From sequence record PP355768.1: a DNA stretch of 64,000 bases; one strand, 5' to 3'. Shown here piece by piece: positions 54,505 through 63,870 of this stretch. Both the position numbers and the translations under genes were made by a program. Numbering within the stretch: the stretch's first letter is position 1; every line of letters starts with the position of its first letter. A model generated the notes under the pieces. It was given only the letters and a program-made list of their open reading frames with translations. It did no database searches and was not told where the DNA came from.

Positions 54505-54564
54505 ATCATATCATTACAGAGGATTTCCCCTGAGCCCATTATACCACATCGATTTTTAAAGCAA

Positions 54565-54891
54565 TTAATATCCGCTTGGAACAAAGCGGTACACTAACTG
54601 GTCATGTTTATTTCGCATGATTTCAAATTGATTTTTAGGTCCAACTTCTAATACTAATGGAACGTTTACATCCATTAGCATCCAATCAATTTTTCCATAC
54701 CGTTCTTTAATCAAATCAGAGATTTTGCGAGCGCCATTTTTATAATAAGTGCTATCAAATATTCGAGCCATCATGTTATCAACAAATCTCGAAGCAGAGC
54801 GCCAATCATTAATACTGCTTGCAGCAGGAGCAAACTTACGCTCTAGGAACATCTCAAATTTCTCTACTACTCTTTTATCTACTTTAGACAT
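54565..54891 (-). CDS. Hypothetical protein
   Basis: 108-aa ORF with SD. Confidence 0.7.
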   Translation of the reverse strand: MSKVDKRVVEKFEMFLERKFAPAASSINDWRSASRFVDNMMARIFDSTYYKNGARKISDLIKERYGKIDWMLMDVNVPLVLEVGPKNQFEIMRNKHDQLVYRFVPSGY

Positions 54892-54942
54892 TATAAAGTC
54901 CTCATGTGTTTAACAAGTTTCTTATGACGAGATTTTATAATA

Positions 54943-55310
54943 TTAAGGATAGATAATACCTGCTTCCAGCGCAGTACGATGAACAATGTATCCATTTCTA
55001 GATTCTTGTACATCGACTTCTGGATAATCATCTAGCATTTTAGCCAGAGTATACCGATGCAGGTAATAATCGCTGTCAGGGTCGTCGAGTTTCCAATCTT
55101 TGCCCTCAACAGTCATTCGCTGGATTTCATCCATTACCCACCAACCGCACCAGATATAAGCTGTTCCGCGGAACGGTAGAGGATGAATATATGGAAGTTC
55201 TCCGTCTGGCTCAGGGGCTACTCTTTTGGTAATAGTTACATTACCGGTTGTAGTGACTGTAATCGGAGTGTAATCTTCTGCGGAAACATCAACAGAAACA
55301 CCAATCACTT
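54943..55310 (-). CDS. hoc: Hoc (highly antigenic outer capsid), C-terminal fragment
   Basis: VAPEPDGELPYIHPLP, YIWCGWWVMDEIQ. Confidence 0.93.
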
Positions 55311-55311
55311 G

Positions 55312-55670
55312 GTACTCATGATGAGTTTTAATTTCATTGGTTAATGCTTCACGACGAACATCATTAACTTGAATTTGCTGGTTAATTTCTCTGATTTGGG
55401 TTTTATTCAGTTTGTCCATATCAGCCAGGAGAGACACCTCAAGCAAGTCTTCAACGAGCTTACGTCTATTCCCAGTGGACAATCCCATGAATGGAGTATA
55501 TCCAGCAGTTCCTAGCACAACAATTTGCTTAAATGATGAGTATGACATTCCGATGAGGCTTTCAAAGTATGATTGGAAATCCTTTGAGCTTGCAGCCTCA
55601 TCAAGCTTGTTTCCGTCTCGTAAAATTTCAAAGACGTTTGGTTTCTGTCCGCGCTTTATGTAGAAACTAT
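55312..55670 (-). CDS. 46: gp46 internal fragment, allele A
   Basis: FYIKRGQKPNVFEI, FKQIVVLGTAGYTPFM. Confidence 0.92.
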
Positions 55671-55671
55671 G

Positions 55672-56030
55672 GATACTCGTGATGAGTTTTAATTTCATTA
55701 GTCAACGCTTCACGCTGAACATCATTAACCTGGATTTGCTGATTGATTTCTCTTATCTGTGTCTTGTTCAGTTTGTCCATATCAGCTAAAAGAGACACTT
55801 CAAGCAAATCTTCAACGAGTTTTCGTCTGTTGGCAGTTGATAACCCCATGAACGGAGTATATCCTGCCGTTCCTAATACGACAATCTGCTTAAACGATGT
55901 GTATGACATGCCGATGAGACTTTCAAAGTAGGATTGAAAATCCTTTGAACTTGCGGCTTCATCAAGCTTATTGCCATCTCGTAAAATCTCAAAGACATTC
56001 GGTTTTTGCCCACGTTTAATGTAGAAACTA
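55672..56030 (-). CDS. 46: gp46 internal fragment, allele B
   Basis: Same segment with synonymous differences; STANRRK vs STGNRRK. Confidence 0.92.
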
Positions 56031-56279
56031 TGACTATGTGATTGATAACATTGCTCAGCGCAGAAGCGCTGACATCGAGATGATTGATAAAGAACAAGAA
56101 AGGATGCTACCGATGGGAACTAAGTTCAAAGTGGTGGGTCATAACAAAGTTGAAAAATCTGGTTTACTTATGGACTACTTTAGTGTTACTATAGCTTAGT
56201 CAACTAGTGATTATCTAGAACTAGGGACCTAGACCCATTATACCGTCCGTAAGACGAAAGCATTTTTGAGGAAAACATA

Positions 56280-56400
56280 ATGAAATTCACTGCTGAAACC
56301 GCTAAAGTTTATACTCGTTTAATTACAACTTTAGGTTCTGCTCAACGTCGGCACAAGGAGTTCAATCTCACCCCAGAATATCTGTTTAACATCATGCAGC
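56280..56400 (+). CDS. srd: Srd, N-terminal fragment (preceded by Mod C-terminus at 56035-56200)
   Basis: TLGSAQRRHKEFNLT. Confidence 0.75.
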
Positions 56401-56745
56401 AGTAATTAAAAGTGATTTCATGTTGGTATGATAATCAAATGATTGCTGGCAATTATTGACTTCAATGACTACAAAGGTCGAGTAATGCCATTTGCCTGCA
56501 AACTCTCGGGCGATCGTTTCATCTGTTGTGAATGACGCCACCTTTCCAAAGTCAAATTGCTCTCCTTTAATAAGAGCTTCATAAAAGGCTTTAGCCTCAC
56601 GGCATGATAGACCTCTATAGAGAGTGTCTCTGTTATCAATTTGATGGCGCCTAACGATAGAGTCAAGTTTCTTATGAAATTCTTCGCCAATCTTATTGTT
56701 CATGCACTGCCACAGAATTGACTGTTCTTTGCAGTCAAAACGATT
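56400..56745 (-). CDS. modB: ModB/ModA-like ADP-ribosyltransferase fragment
   Basis: EQSILWQCM, LYRGLS, VASFTTD. Confidence 0.85.
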
Positions 56746-56749
56746 CTGA

Positions 56750-57030
56750 ACTGCACCTTCTGAACAATCTGCGTCTAAACATGCTCCCATTGGAACTGTT
56801 CCTGCAGAGTTAGCATCACCAAATTTTACCTTTTGATAATAGCTTGTTGCATGAATTTTTTGACTTCCTTCTCCAGATCCTGCAGCAAATAGCCGCTGGT
56901 CTCCAAATGCGTTATAAATGGCGTCATAGTTTTGATTTATTTTAACACCGCCAGCGTATAAAATGTCGCCCGTAGAAGCGTTACCTACTTCACCGACGTC
57001 AATAACCTGTTTACCTTCATCTACATACAT
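56750..57030 (-). CDS. 9: gp9 N-terminal fragment, allele 1
   Basis: IDVGEVGNASTGDILYAGG. Confidence 0.9.
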
Positions 57031-57059
57031 AGTAGTAACCTCTTATCAAAGTATAGTCC

Positions 57060-57110
57060 TATTTATATAAAAATGGGGAGCCTTTTTGGCTCCCCATTTT
57101 TATATAAATA
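57060..57110. repeat. Perfect 23-bp-arm palindrome with terminator hairpin and back-to-back late promoters
   Basis: TATTTATATAAAAATGGGGAGCC-TTTTT-GGCTCCCCATTTTTATATAAATA. Confidence 0.95.
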
Positions 57111-57138
57111 AGACTATACTTTGATATGAGGTTAACCT

Positions 57139-57423
57139 ATGTATACAGATAAGGGTAAAAAAATAATTGACGTCGGTGAGATTGGTAATGCTTCTACCGG
57201 CGACATTCTGTATGATGGCGGTGTGAAAATTAATGATAACTTCGACGCCATTTATAACGCCTTCGCTGATCAACGATTATTTGCAGCTGGTGGTGGAGCT
57301 TTAAACCAAAAAATCCACGCAACAAGTTATTACCAAAAGATAAAATTTGGTGATGCTAACTCGGCCGGTACAGTTCCGATGGGTTCATGCATAGATGCTG
57401 ATTGCTCAGAAGGGGCAGTTCAA
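57139..57423 (+). CDS. 9: gp9 N-terminal fragment, allele 2
   Basis: IDVGEIGNASTGDILYDGG. Confidence 0.9.
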
Positions 57424-57454
57424 GTCGCCCTTGAACAGCGTCTTGGAGTTAATC

Positions 57455-57799
57455 ATGTCTAATACTTGCATTTCTAAATCAATTAAGGTTAAACTCCTAG
57501 ACCAGTCTGAGTTGCATCGCCAGATTAAAAGCATCTTTAAAGACCATGGAATTAAAGTTGGAGATATCATTGAATTTTCAGATGGTTATTATGAAGATGA
57601 AATTGACGGAATGGCATGGAAAAGCGTCAAACTTGTAGATGCGAATAGCAACGAAGTCTATAGTTATCATACAGATAATATCACTGGAATTTTTGCGTTC
57701 TGCACCTCATACTGTATTAAAGAATCATCTAAAAATATGTATGGTAGTTACTCGGTATGCGTCGCCCTTGAACAGCGTCTTGGAGTTCGCCATGCCTAA
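57455..57799 (+). CDS. Hypothetical protein, paralog 1
   Basis: VGDIIEFSDGYY..GMAWK..GIFAFCTSYCIKES. Confidence 0.75.
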   Translation: MSNTCISKSIKVKLLDQSELHRQIKSIFKDHGIKVGDIIEFSDGYYEDEIDGMAWKSVKLVDANSNEVYSYHTDNITGIFAFCTSYCIKESSKNMYGSYSVCVALEQRLGVRHA

Positions 57800-58109
57800 A
57801 TCGTGCATTACTAAAACTATTACAGTAAAAATTCTCGATTTCGCTGATATTCATCGTGTTACAAGAGAAATTTTACGCAGTCATTGGTATGAAGTTGGCG
57901 ATATAGTAGAATTTAGTGGAGGCTATTACGACGATGACATCAATGGAATGGCTTGGACTAAAATGAGTCTTCTTCATGAAGAAACTAATTCATACATTGA
58001 GTTCACTGTAGACGATTATGAAGGCATATATGCTTTCTGTACTTCATTCTGCATCAAAGAATCTAATCATAATGTATATACTATCATCAACATATTTTTT
58101 ATTTGTTAA
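57792..58109 (+). CDS. Hypothetical protein, paralog 2 (3' end at junction)
   Basis: VGDIVEFSGGYY..GMAWT..GIYAFCTSFCIKES. Confidence 0.75.
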   Translation: MPKSCITKTITVKILDFADIHRVTREILRSHWYEVGDIVEFSGGYYDDDINGMAWTKMSLLHEETNSYIEFTVDDYEGIYAFCTSFCIKESNHNVYTIINIFFIC

Positions 58110-58400
58110 GTGAGCATTATCTGTGGGGGCTTGACCCGCTATAACAAATTTACCTGAAGCAACGGAAATGTTACCTTTAGTTTTAATATCGCCATTGCGT
58201 AGATTAAAGACGATAGTTACACCTTCAGTACCATATGAAGACCCAAATCCTAACCCATACCATGTTTGTATTTTTGCGTTAACTGTGGTATAATCAGCCC
58301 CATCTCCTGGACCTGGTATAAACTCAGCTGACCCGCCGCGAGCATTAAGGCTTAAGCCTTCTACAAAATGAACATTTTTAGCATACTCGCCACCACGAGC
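58110..58400 (-). CDS. 36: Long tail fibre gp36-like fragment
   Basis: RGGEYAKNVHF, TWYGLGF, APTDNAHLT. Confidence 0.75.
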
Positions 58401-58625
58401 TTATTCAGCGCCAGCGGCTTTTAAAAGCTTTTTAAGATTAGCAGAACCTCGGGCTGAAAAAGTTACCTTACCATCTTTTTCACCGATGCTGCCAGTCAAT
58501 TTAGAAAGTTTATCACTAGGAACTTTTTTAAAATCGGCTAATGTCCCGTCAACGGTTTTTGTAACAATCGGCAGTTCATCATCCTGTCTTTTAGCTTCTG
58601 TAATAAATTCTTGGTACGTTTTCAT
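58401..58625 (-). CDS. Internal protein (IP family) with capsid targeting sequence
   Basis: MKTYQEFITEA, 74 aa, early-promoter -10 upstream. Confidence 0.8.
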   Translation of the reverse strand: MKTYQEFITEAKRQDDELPIVTKTVDGTLADFKKVPSDKLSKLTGSIGEKDGKVTFSARGSANLKKLLKAAGAE

Positions 58626-58674
58626 GTTGCTTCCGTTTTGTTAGTTTGTTTTTGATGGAGCTATAGTATCACCA

Positions 58675-59011
58675 CTAGGACCGGTTGTAAACAACTGCCT
58701 TGATTTAGATTTTTTGCCGGATTTTTGGGGTCTTTGGATTGAGTGACAACATTTTTAAGGGTTTTAACACGAACCCACTTACGTTCAAAGCTTTCTTTAA
58801 CATTGTTAGTGTCTTTAAACTTCAAATGTTTTGCAGGAACTACAAATTTTTCTAAGCAATGAATATAATCACCATAATCAGAATGAATTTTATAACCTGC
58901 TTTACCATCATTACGATTAGCAACTTTAACGATCACACCAGTATGACCAACCCACTTGCCACCAGTAACTTCTACAGCATCGCCTACAATTGGGTTTAAT
59001 GAAATAGCCAT
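58675..59011 (-). CDS. Hypothetical early protein (KOW-like), homologous to 61500-61755
   Basis: GGKWVGH.GVIVKV.NRNDGK.GYKI; early promoter GTTTAC..TATGAT at 59040-59070. Confidence 0.7.
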
Positions 59012-59081
59012 GATATTCTCCATTTTGGTTACGAGAGGTATCATATCATGGCTTTTTAGAAGAGTAAACTACTTTGTGAAA

Positions 59082-59282
59082 TTATTTTGCCCACGGAGAC
59101 CAGGGCGGCGGGTCAGACCAGATTGAAGCTAGTTCGTCTAGAAGAGCTTCTGGGGCTTTAATACCATACTTCTGTATAATTATACGGTATTCGTCTTTGA
59201 TGTCCTTAGAAATCACTGGATGAACTTGAACCTCTTCCTGAGGCTCTTCCATCATTTCAAACAAATCCATCACATGAACCAC
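59082..59282 (-). CDS. T4 a-gt.5-like protein
   Basis: IIQKYGI, PPWSPWAK*. Confidence 0.65.
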   Translation of the reverse strand: MVHVMDLFEMMEEPQEEVQVHPVISKDIKDEYRIIIQKYGIKAPEALLDELASIWSDPPPWSPWAK

Positions 59283-59284
59283 TC

Positions 59285-59557
59285 TCTATTATAGAAAATG
59301 AAAAACTGCGCCAAATAAACATTATCAATCCTAGTGATATTGAAGCATTTCTTTCTGATATTATACGAGAAATGGAAAAGGCTCCTGACAGTGAATATGA
59401 ATCAGGTCGGTACAAATCCCAGACTACAATCGGAGAAGTTTTATGATTGAAATGAACGATTCAGTAAAATGGTTTACTGGTGTTGTTGAAGACAGACAAG
59501 ACCCGTTAAAGCAAGGAAGAGTGCGAGTACGCGTTTACGGCCTTCATCCGTTTGAAA
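59285..59557 (+). CDS. 5: gp53 C-terminus (to 59446) plus gp5 N-terminus (from 59443)
   Basis: ENEKLRQINIINP; WFTGVVEDRQDPLKQGRVRVR. Confidence 0.9.
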
Positions 59558-59599
59558 ATCCAAATGAATAGCATACCTACAATTAGCATCAGGATAGTG

Positions 59600-59850
59600 T
59601 TATACGTTCTTGGCTTCATTATAAACACCTACCAGTTCGCACCAGTGTTTACGACAAAGAGAAACGTATTTGTCTTCACCACCAAGTTCTACTACTTCAC
59701 CATCGGTAATAGCATTTCCGTTTTCGTCAATACGAGCTACCATTGTAGCCTTACGCCCACAGTGGCAAACGCCCTTGAGCTCAACAAGTTTATCGGCTAC
59801 AGAAAGAAGAGCTTTAGAACCTTCGAATAACTCGCCACGAAAATCTGAAA
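59600..59850 (-). CDS. tk: Thymidine kinase, C-terminal fragment
   Basis: [26 protein letters not shown]. Confidence 0.93.
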
Positions 59851-60114
59851 AAGCATTAGACGTAGTCTTTAAGAATAAAGATGAATCAGCGGAAACTGTA
59901 CCGCATTGTGGTATGGTAGTTGGAAGCAAAGTAGTTAAATCTCCATATGCTAATCTGCGTTGTGATGGCGTAGTACGAAAAGCATTAGATGAAGGCGATA
60001 CAGTTTTAGTAGTTGTTGAGCCATTCAAAAACACTGATGGCAATGTGTCAATGTTAGTATACGCAAACGGTGATTATCGCCTGATTTCTGCTCTTAACGT
60101 ACAAGCTGCTTGAG

Positions 60115-60405
60115 GAAACCAAAGCGTTAGTAGCACCTGTACCACCTCGGTTAACCGGAAGAGTACCTGTAGTATCGCCGAAATCTGGCTTTGAGTAACT
60201 GTCAAAAATTTGTTTCATCGAAACAAGAATACTTCCAGACGGTCCGGTGGCACCAATATCTTGGTTAGTTTCATAGATGACTACGCTTCCAGAATCCTGT
60301 CCGTTATACCCAGATGTGTTTAGTACTGTGACATAAAGGTCATTGGAGTATCGAGGAACCTTAGCGTAAAAATCAAATGAAGCATCAGCATCGGAGGCAG
60401 AATCA
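60115..60405 (-). CDS. Long tail fibre fragment
   Basis: GTLPVNRGGTGAT. Confidence 0.7.
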
Positions 60406-60406
60406 T

Positions 60407-60450
60407 GATGGAGCTATAGTATCATTCTACAGCTCCAAAGTAAACTACTT
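60407..60450 (-). promoter_or_regulatory. Early promoter with stem-loop enclosing the -10 box
   Basis: GTTTAC..TACTAT; TGGAGCTGTAG/CTATAGCTCCA inverted repeat. Confidence 0.8.
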
Positions 60451-60455
60451 TTTAA

Positions 60456-60695
60456 TTATTTTTCTAAAATTTCATTGATGTAGTAAGGACGAACCTTTGA
60501 ACCGAGATAGAAGTCATCAACAAAATCAATCAAGTTGTCAGTTTCACCGCGGATGATAGCAAGTTTAGAGAACGCTTCTCCTACCATCATCGGTTCAAAT
60601 TCTACGCCGTGAGCCTCAGCAGCTTTAAAGGCTTTATCAATGTTGTTTACGACGATTTCTAAAGTTTTCATTTTATTCTCCGTTATCTTACGCAC
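60456..60695 (-). CDS. Hypothetical protein downstream of regA allele 2
   Basis: 79-aa ORF (start probably MKTLEIVV). Confidence 0.65.
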   Translation of the reverse strand: MRKITENKMKTLEIVVNNIDKAFKAAEAHGVEFEPMMVGEAFSKLAIIRGETDNLIDFVDDFYLGSKVRPYYINEILEK

Positions 60696-60960
60696 CGATT
60701 GTGTACTTAGATTTTAAAGTCCATTCATGCTTCTGTTTGAATGTAATTACCCGGAAGTTATTCTGCATCTGGGCAAGAGTTTGACCACGATTAATACTCA
60801 GTAGACCCCAGTCAGCGAGCAGTTGTGCGATTGAGTCTCGACGAATTTCATCTTCCAAATCAATAGTAACAGGACGACCATCAAGCTTCAACATTTCTTT
60901 AAAATGGACGATATAGTAACGACCTTGTTTCTGAAGAATGTGGCAGCTTTGATATAGTAC
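60688..60960 (-). CDS. regA: RegA, allele 2 fragment
   Basis: VLYQSCHILQKQG..KYTIGA*. Confidence 0.92.
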   Translation of the reverse strand, partial: VLYQSCHILQKQGRYYIVHFKEMLKLDGRPVTIDLEDEIRRDSIAQLLADWGLLSINRGQTLAQMQNNFRVITFKQKHEWTLKSKYTIGA

Positions 60961-61042
60961 CGGAATAGTTGCTTAAACTTAGTGAGGAATTCAACGGCAG
61001 ATACGTCTGTGCAACTACATAAGGTTCGAATCCTTATTTCCG
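60961..61042 (+). ncRNA. tRNA-like RNA with T arm/acceptor-like helix but replaced D and anticodon arms
   Basis: ATAAGG-TTCGAAT-CCTTAT stacked on CGGAA/TTCCG; AGTTGC/GCAACT stem; UACG hairpin. Confidence 0.55.
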
Positions 61043-61048
61043 TCTTAT

Positions 61049-61124
61049 GCCGATTTAGCTCAGCTGGTAGAGCGCTTCACTTGTAATGAAGATGTCGCGG
61101 GTTCGACTCCTGCAATCGGCACCA
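61049..61124 (+). tRNA. tRNA-Thr(TGT), variant 2
   Basis: Loop CTTGTAA, CCA. Confidence 0.93.
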
Positions 61125-61249
61125 AATTCGAAGGGAAACTTGCGTATGCCCTCGTTGAGTCGTCAGATAGAAGAGAATGGTTCGTCCATTGCCGCTAGTC
61201 GGTTGTTCCCTGTCGCAAGCATAACCTCCTACTATTTCTCCGAATAAAG

Positions 61250-61497
61250 CAATCAATTTTGAAACTACTGATTTAAGCGGTGAAATAACTCGTCACATCG
61301 TTGGTAAATGTGCTACTAATGATGGCTGGTACATTGGTGCCGGCGGTACAAGCAACAGTGGTATTCTTGAAATCGGTACTATTGACGATGGTGCTGAAAC
61401 CATTCAATTCGTACAACGCGGTGCAGGCAACGTTGAAGCCCGAAAATTGGTCTTGCTTGACGGCTCGGGTAATACGACTCTTCCTGGCGATTTAAGA
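61250..61497 (+). CDS. Long tail fibre fragment (gp34/gp37-like)
   Basis: DGWYIGAGG..GILEIGTIDDGAETIQF. Confidence 0.75.
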
Positions 61498-61499
61498 AT

Positions 61500-61755
61500 G
61501 CAGCGACAGATTAGTGGCTGAATTAGTAGAACTCACCGATTGGGTAATAACATTGTCAAGTGAATTCACATGTACCCACTTGCGCAGATAGCTTTCACTA
61601 GATTCAACGAATTTTTTCAAGCAGTGGATGTAATCACCAAAATCTTCACGGTAAATCTTATACCCAGATTTACCGTCATTACGATTAACTACTTTAACGA
61701 TTACACCATTGTGACCAACCCACTTACCACCAATTACTTTAACGTTTTCGCCTAC
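61500..61755 (-). CDS. Hypothetical KOW-like protein fragment (homolog of 58675-59011)
   Basis: GGKWVGHNGVIVKVVNRNDGKSGYKI. Confidence 0.7.
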
Positions 61756-61759
61756 AACC

Positions 61760-62005
61760 ATACTCAGGCGAAAAGTTTGGAACCGTCAAAGGAAACCATC
61801 CTGACAGCATGACGCTTGAACGCTGGAATAATGACTTGGGATATGTAGTAGGGAATGTTATTCCTGTCAAGCAAAAGTATAACACTTTGCGTGGAAATAA
61901 TACGATTGAAGGCCTTGAACGAAAAGCGAATGAAATTGCGGCACGCATAGTTCGCTCTTCTGATTCTGTTAAGCCAACAAGTGATAAAGAAGCGGAAATA
62001 CTGGG
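61760..62005 (+). CDS. srd: Srd, middle fragment
   Basis: YSGEKF..MTLERWNNDLGYVVGNVIPVKQKYN. Confidence 0.8.
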
Positions 62006-62014
62006 TTTAGGCAG

Positions 62015-62206
62015 TTGTCAATTATAACTAATCCGCTTGAAGTTAAGCCAATGCCAAATTCTCCTAACGTTAAGGCTGAAAAAGGTTGGTATAGCGCTTC
62101 TGGTCTTGAAAGACAGTCAGGTGAAATGATTTACATGGAAAATCGACAACCTATTATTCGTTCAATGGACCAAACGGAAGAATTAAACTTAATTTTCGAG
62201 TTTTAA
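62015..62206 (+). CDS. 8: gp8 C-terminal fragment
   Basis: SGEMIYMENRQPIIRSMDQTEELNLIFEF*. Confidence 0.9.
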   Translation: MSIITNPLEVKPMPNSPNVKAEKGWYSASGLERQSGEMIYMENRQPIIRSMDQTEELNLIFEF

Positions 62207-62220
62207 TTATGGGGAGCCCC

Positions 62221-62430
62221 ACGGGCTACGATATCTGCACCTGGTGCTTTATTCTCTGTGCTAGTTCTTTTAAATTGTATTTGTTTTAAGTTTTGATCGG
62301 CCATGGCTACCTCTTAGTATGTGCCAAAATCTATTGTTACCCCGCGTGAAATAACCTGATCTAATCTAGGAGCGTATTCACCGGATGTTGCTTTATTTAC
62401 TATAACTACGCCAGCATTAGCCCTAAGTAC
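62221..62430 (-). CDS. 37: gp36 C-terminus plus gp37 N-terminus
   Basis: TIDFGTY* then MADQNLKQIQFKRT. Confidence 0.85.
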
Positions 62431-62432
62431 AG

Positions 62433-62847
62433 TTTGAAGCAGTTAAAGCTGGTGATGCTCTGACTGTTGGTGATATCGTTGTTCACGATTTCGCACAGAC
62501 CGGTCGTGCTCATCTGCAGGTTGTTGAAGATTTCACTGTAGACGCTGGTGCTACCGATGCTGCTAAACTGGACGCTGCAGTTACTGCCGCTCTGGAAGCT
62601 GGTAAAGTTGTAGAAATCGCCGAAGGTATGGCTACCTCTATTTGAAGCAGTTAAAGCTGGTGCTTCTCTGGATGTTGGTGATATCGTAGTTCATGATTTC
62701 GCACAGACTGGTCGTGCTCACCTGCAGGTTGTAACAGCCTTTACAGTTGATGCTGCTGCTACTGATGCTGCTAAACTGGATGCTGAAGTCACTAAGCGTC
62801 TGGAAGCTGGCGAAGTAGTTGAAATCGCCGAAGGTATGGCTACTTCC
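62433..62847 (+). repeat. 23: Two tandem alleles of the gp23 insertion-domain segment
   Basis: 62433-62640 and 62641-62847, both FEAVKAG...VEIAEGMATS. Confidence 0.92.
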
Positions 62848-62848
62848 T

Positions 62849-63259
62849 GATGATATTGCTCAGCCTTGGATGTCACCAGCTGGATATCGTCGTGGTCAGA
62901 TTTTAAATTGTATCAAACTGGCAATTGAACCGCGTCAGGCACATCGTGACCGCATGTACCAAGCAGGTATTAACCCAGTGACTGGTCAAGGTACAGGTGA
63001 AGGTTTCATTCTGTTCGGTGATAAGACTGCAACCACTGTTCCAACACCGTTTGACCCAACAAGATGATGTTGCTCAACCTTGGATGTCACCGGCTGGTTA
63101 TCGTCGTGGTCAGATTCTGAACTGCATTAAACTTGCGATTGAACCTCGTCAAGCACATCGTGACCGTATGTATCAAGCAGGTATTAACCCGGTAACGGGT
63201 CAAGGTACCGGTGATGGTTTCATTCTGTTTGGCGATAAGACTGCAACTACTGTTCCAAC
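62849..63259 (+). repeat. 18: Two tandem alleles of a gp18 segment
   Basis: DD(I/V)AQPWMSPAGYRRGQILN...LFGDKTATTVPT twice. Confidence 0.93.
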
Positions 63260-63664
63260 GGCAGATTTCTGGAATTTCGCTATTTACATTACGCATTTGA
63301 CTAACTTCTCGTTAAAGGTTTTAATAACTTCACGGCCATGGTCTGCACCTTTCTTACAGTCTGCAATTGTCCATGCTTCACCGTTTTGGTATTTGTGAAG
63401 AGCCCGGGTATTAATATCTTTCACAAGATTCATAATCAAATCATTAATTTCTTGTTCAGTCGTTCAGCGTGTGAGGAGTTATGAAAACCATTCTCGTTAG
63501 AATTGACATGTATTTCAATTATTGCGACAGAAATTTAACTGACCATGATTTAGAACACGGGTTTGGATTAAATCCTATTCAATTATTCTTGTTGAAAAGT
63601 GGTCAACAGATTGTTCTTAAAGAATATACCTTAGAACGAATAGATATGAGGAATGTATAATGAA

Positions 63665-63870
63665 AGAATTTGGCACAAGGACGTATTATTCGTACTCAAT
63701 TGTCATATGACCCGAAGAAACCTATTGTTATTCGTGATCAGTCGATTGACCGTAAGCTGGTTAAGCTGTGGGTTGATGGCGCTGAATGGACTAACTGGAC
63801 AGACAAGTCAATGGTTCATGCTTCATCCATTTCAACGATTTATTATATGCGTGAAACTGTCGAACGCTCA
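63665..63870 (+). CDS. 6: gp6 internal fragment
   Basis: LAQGRIIRT, VDGAEWTNWT..SMVHA, IYYMRET. Confidence 0.85.

Noticed and set aside
54943-55698. gp46-Hoc fusion
   Set aside because: Junction chimera; the gp46 part has the same boundaries as its allele
56392-57030. gp9-ADP-ribosyltransferase fusion
   Set aside because: Junction chimera at EGAVQ, the same break point as the other gp9 allele
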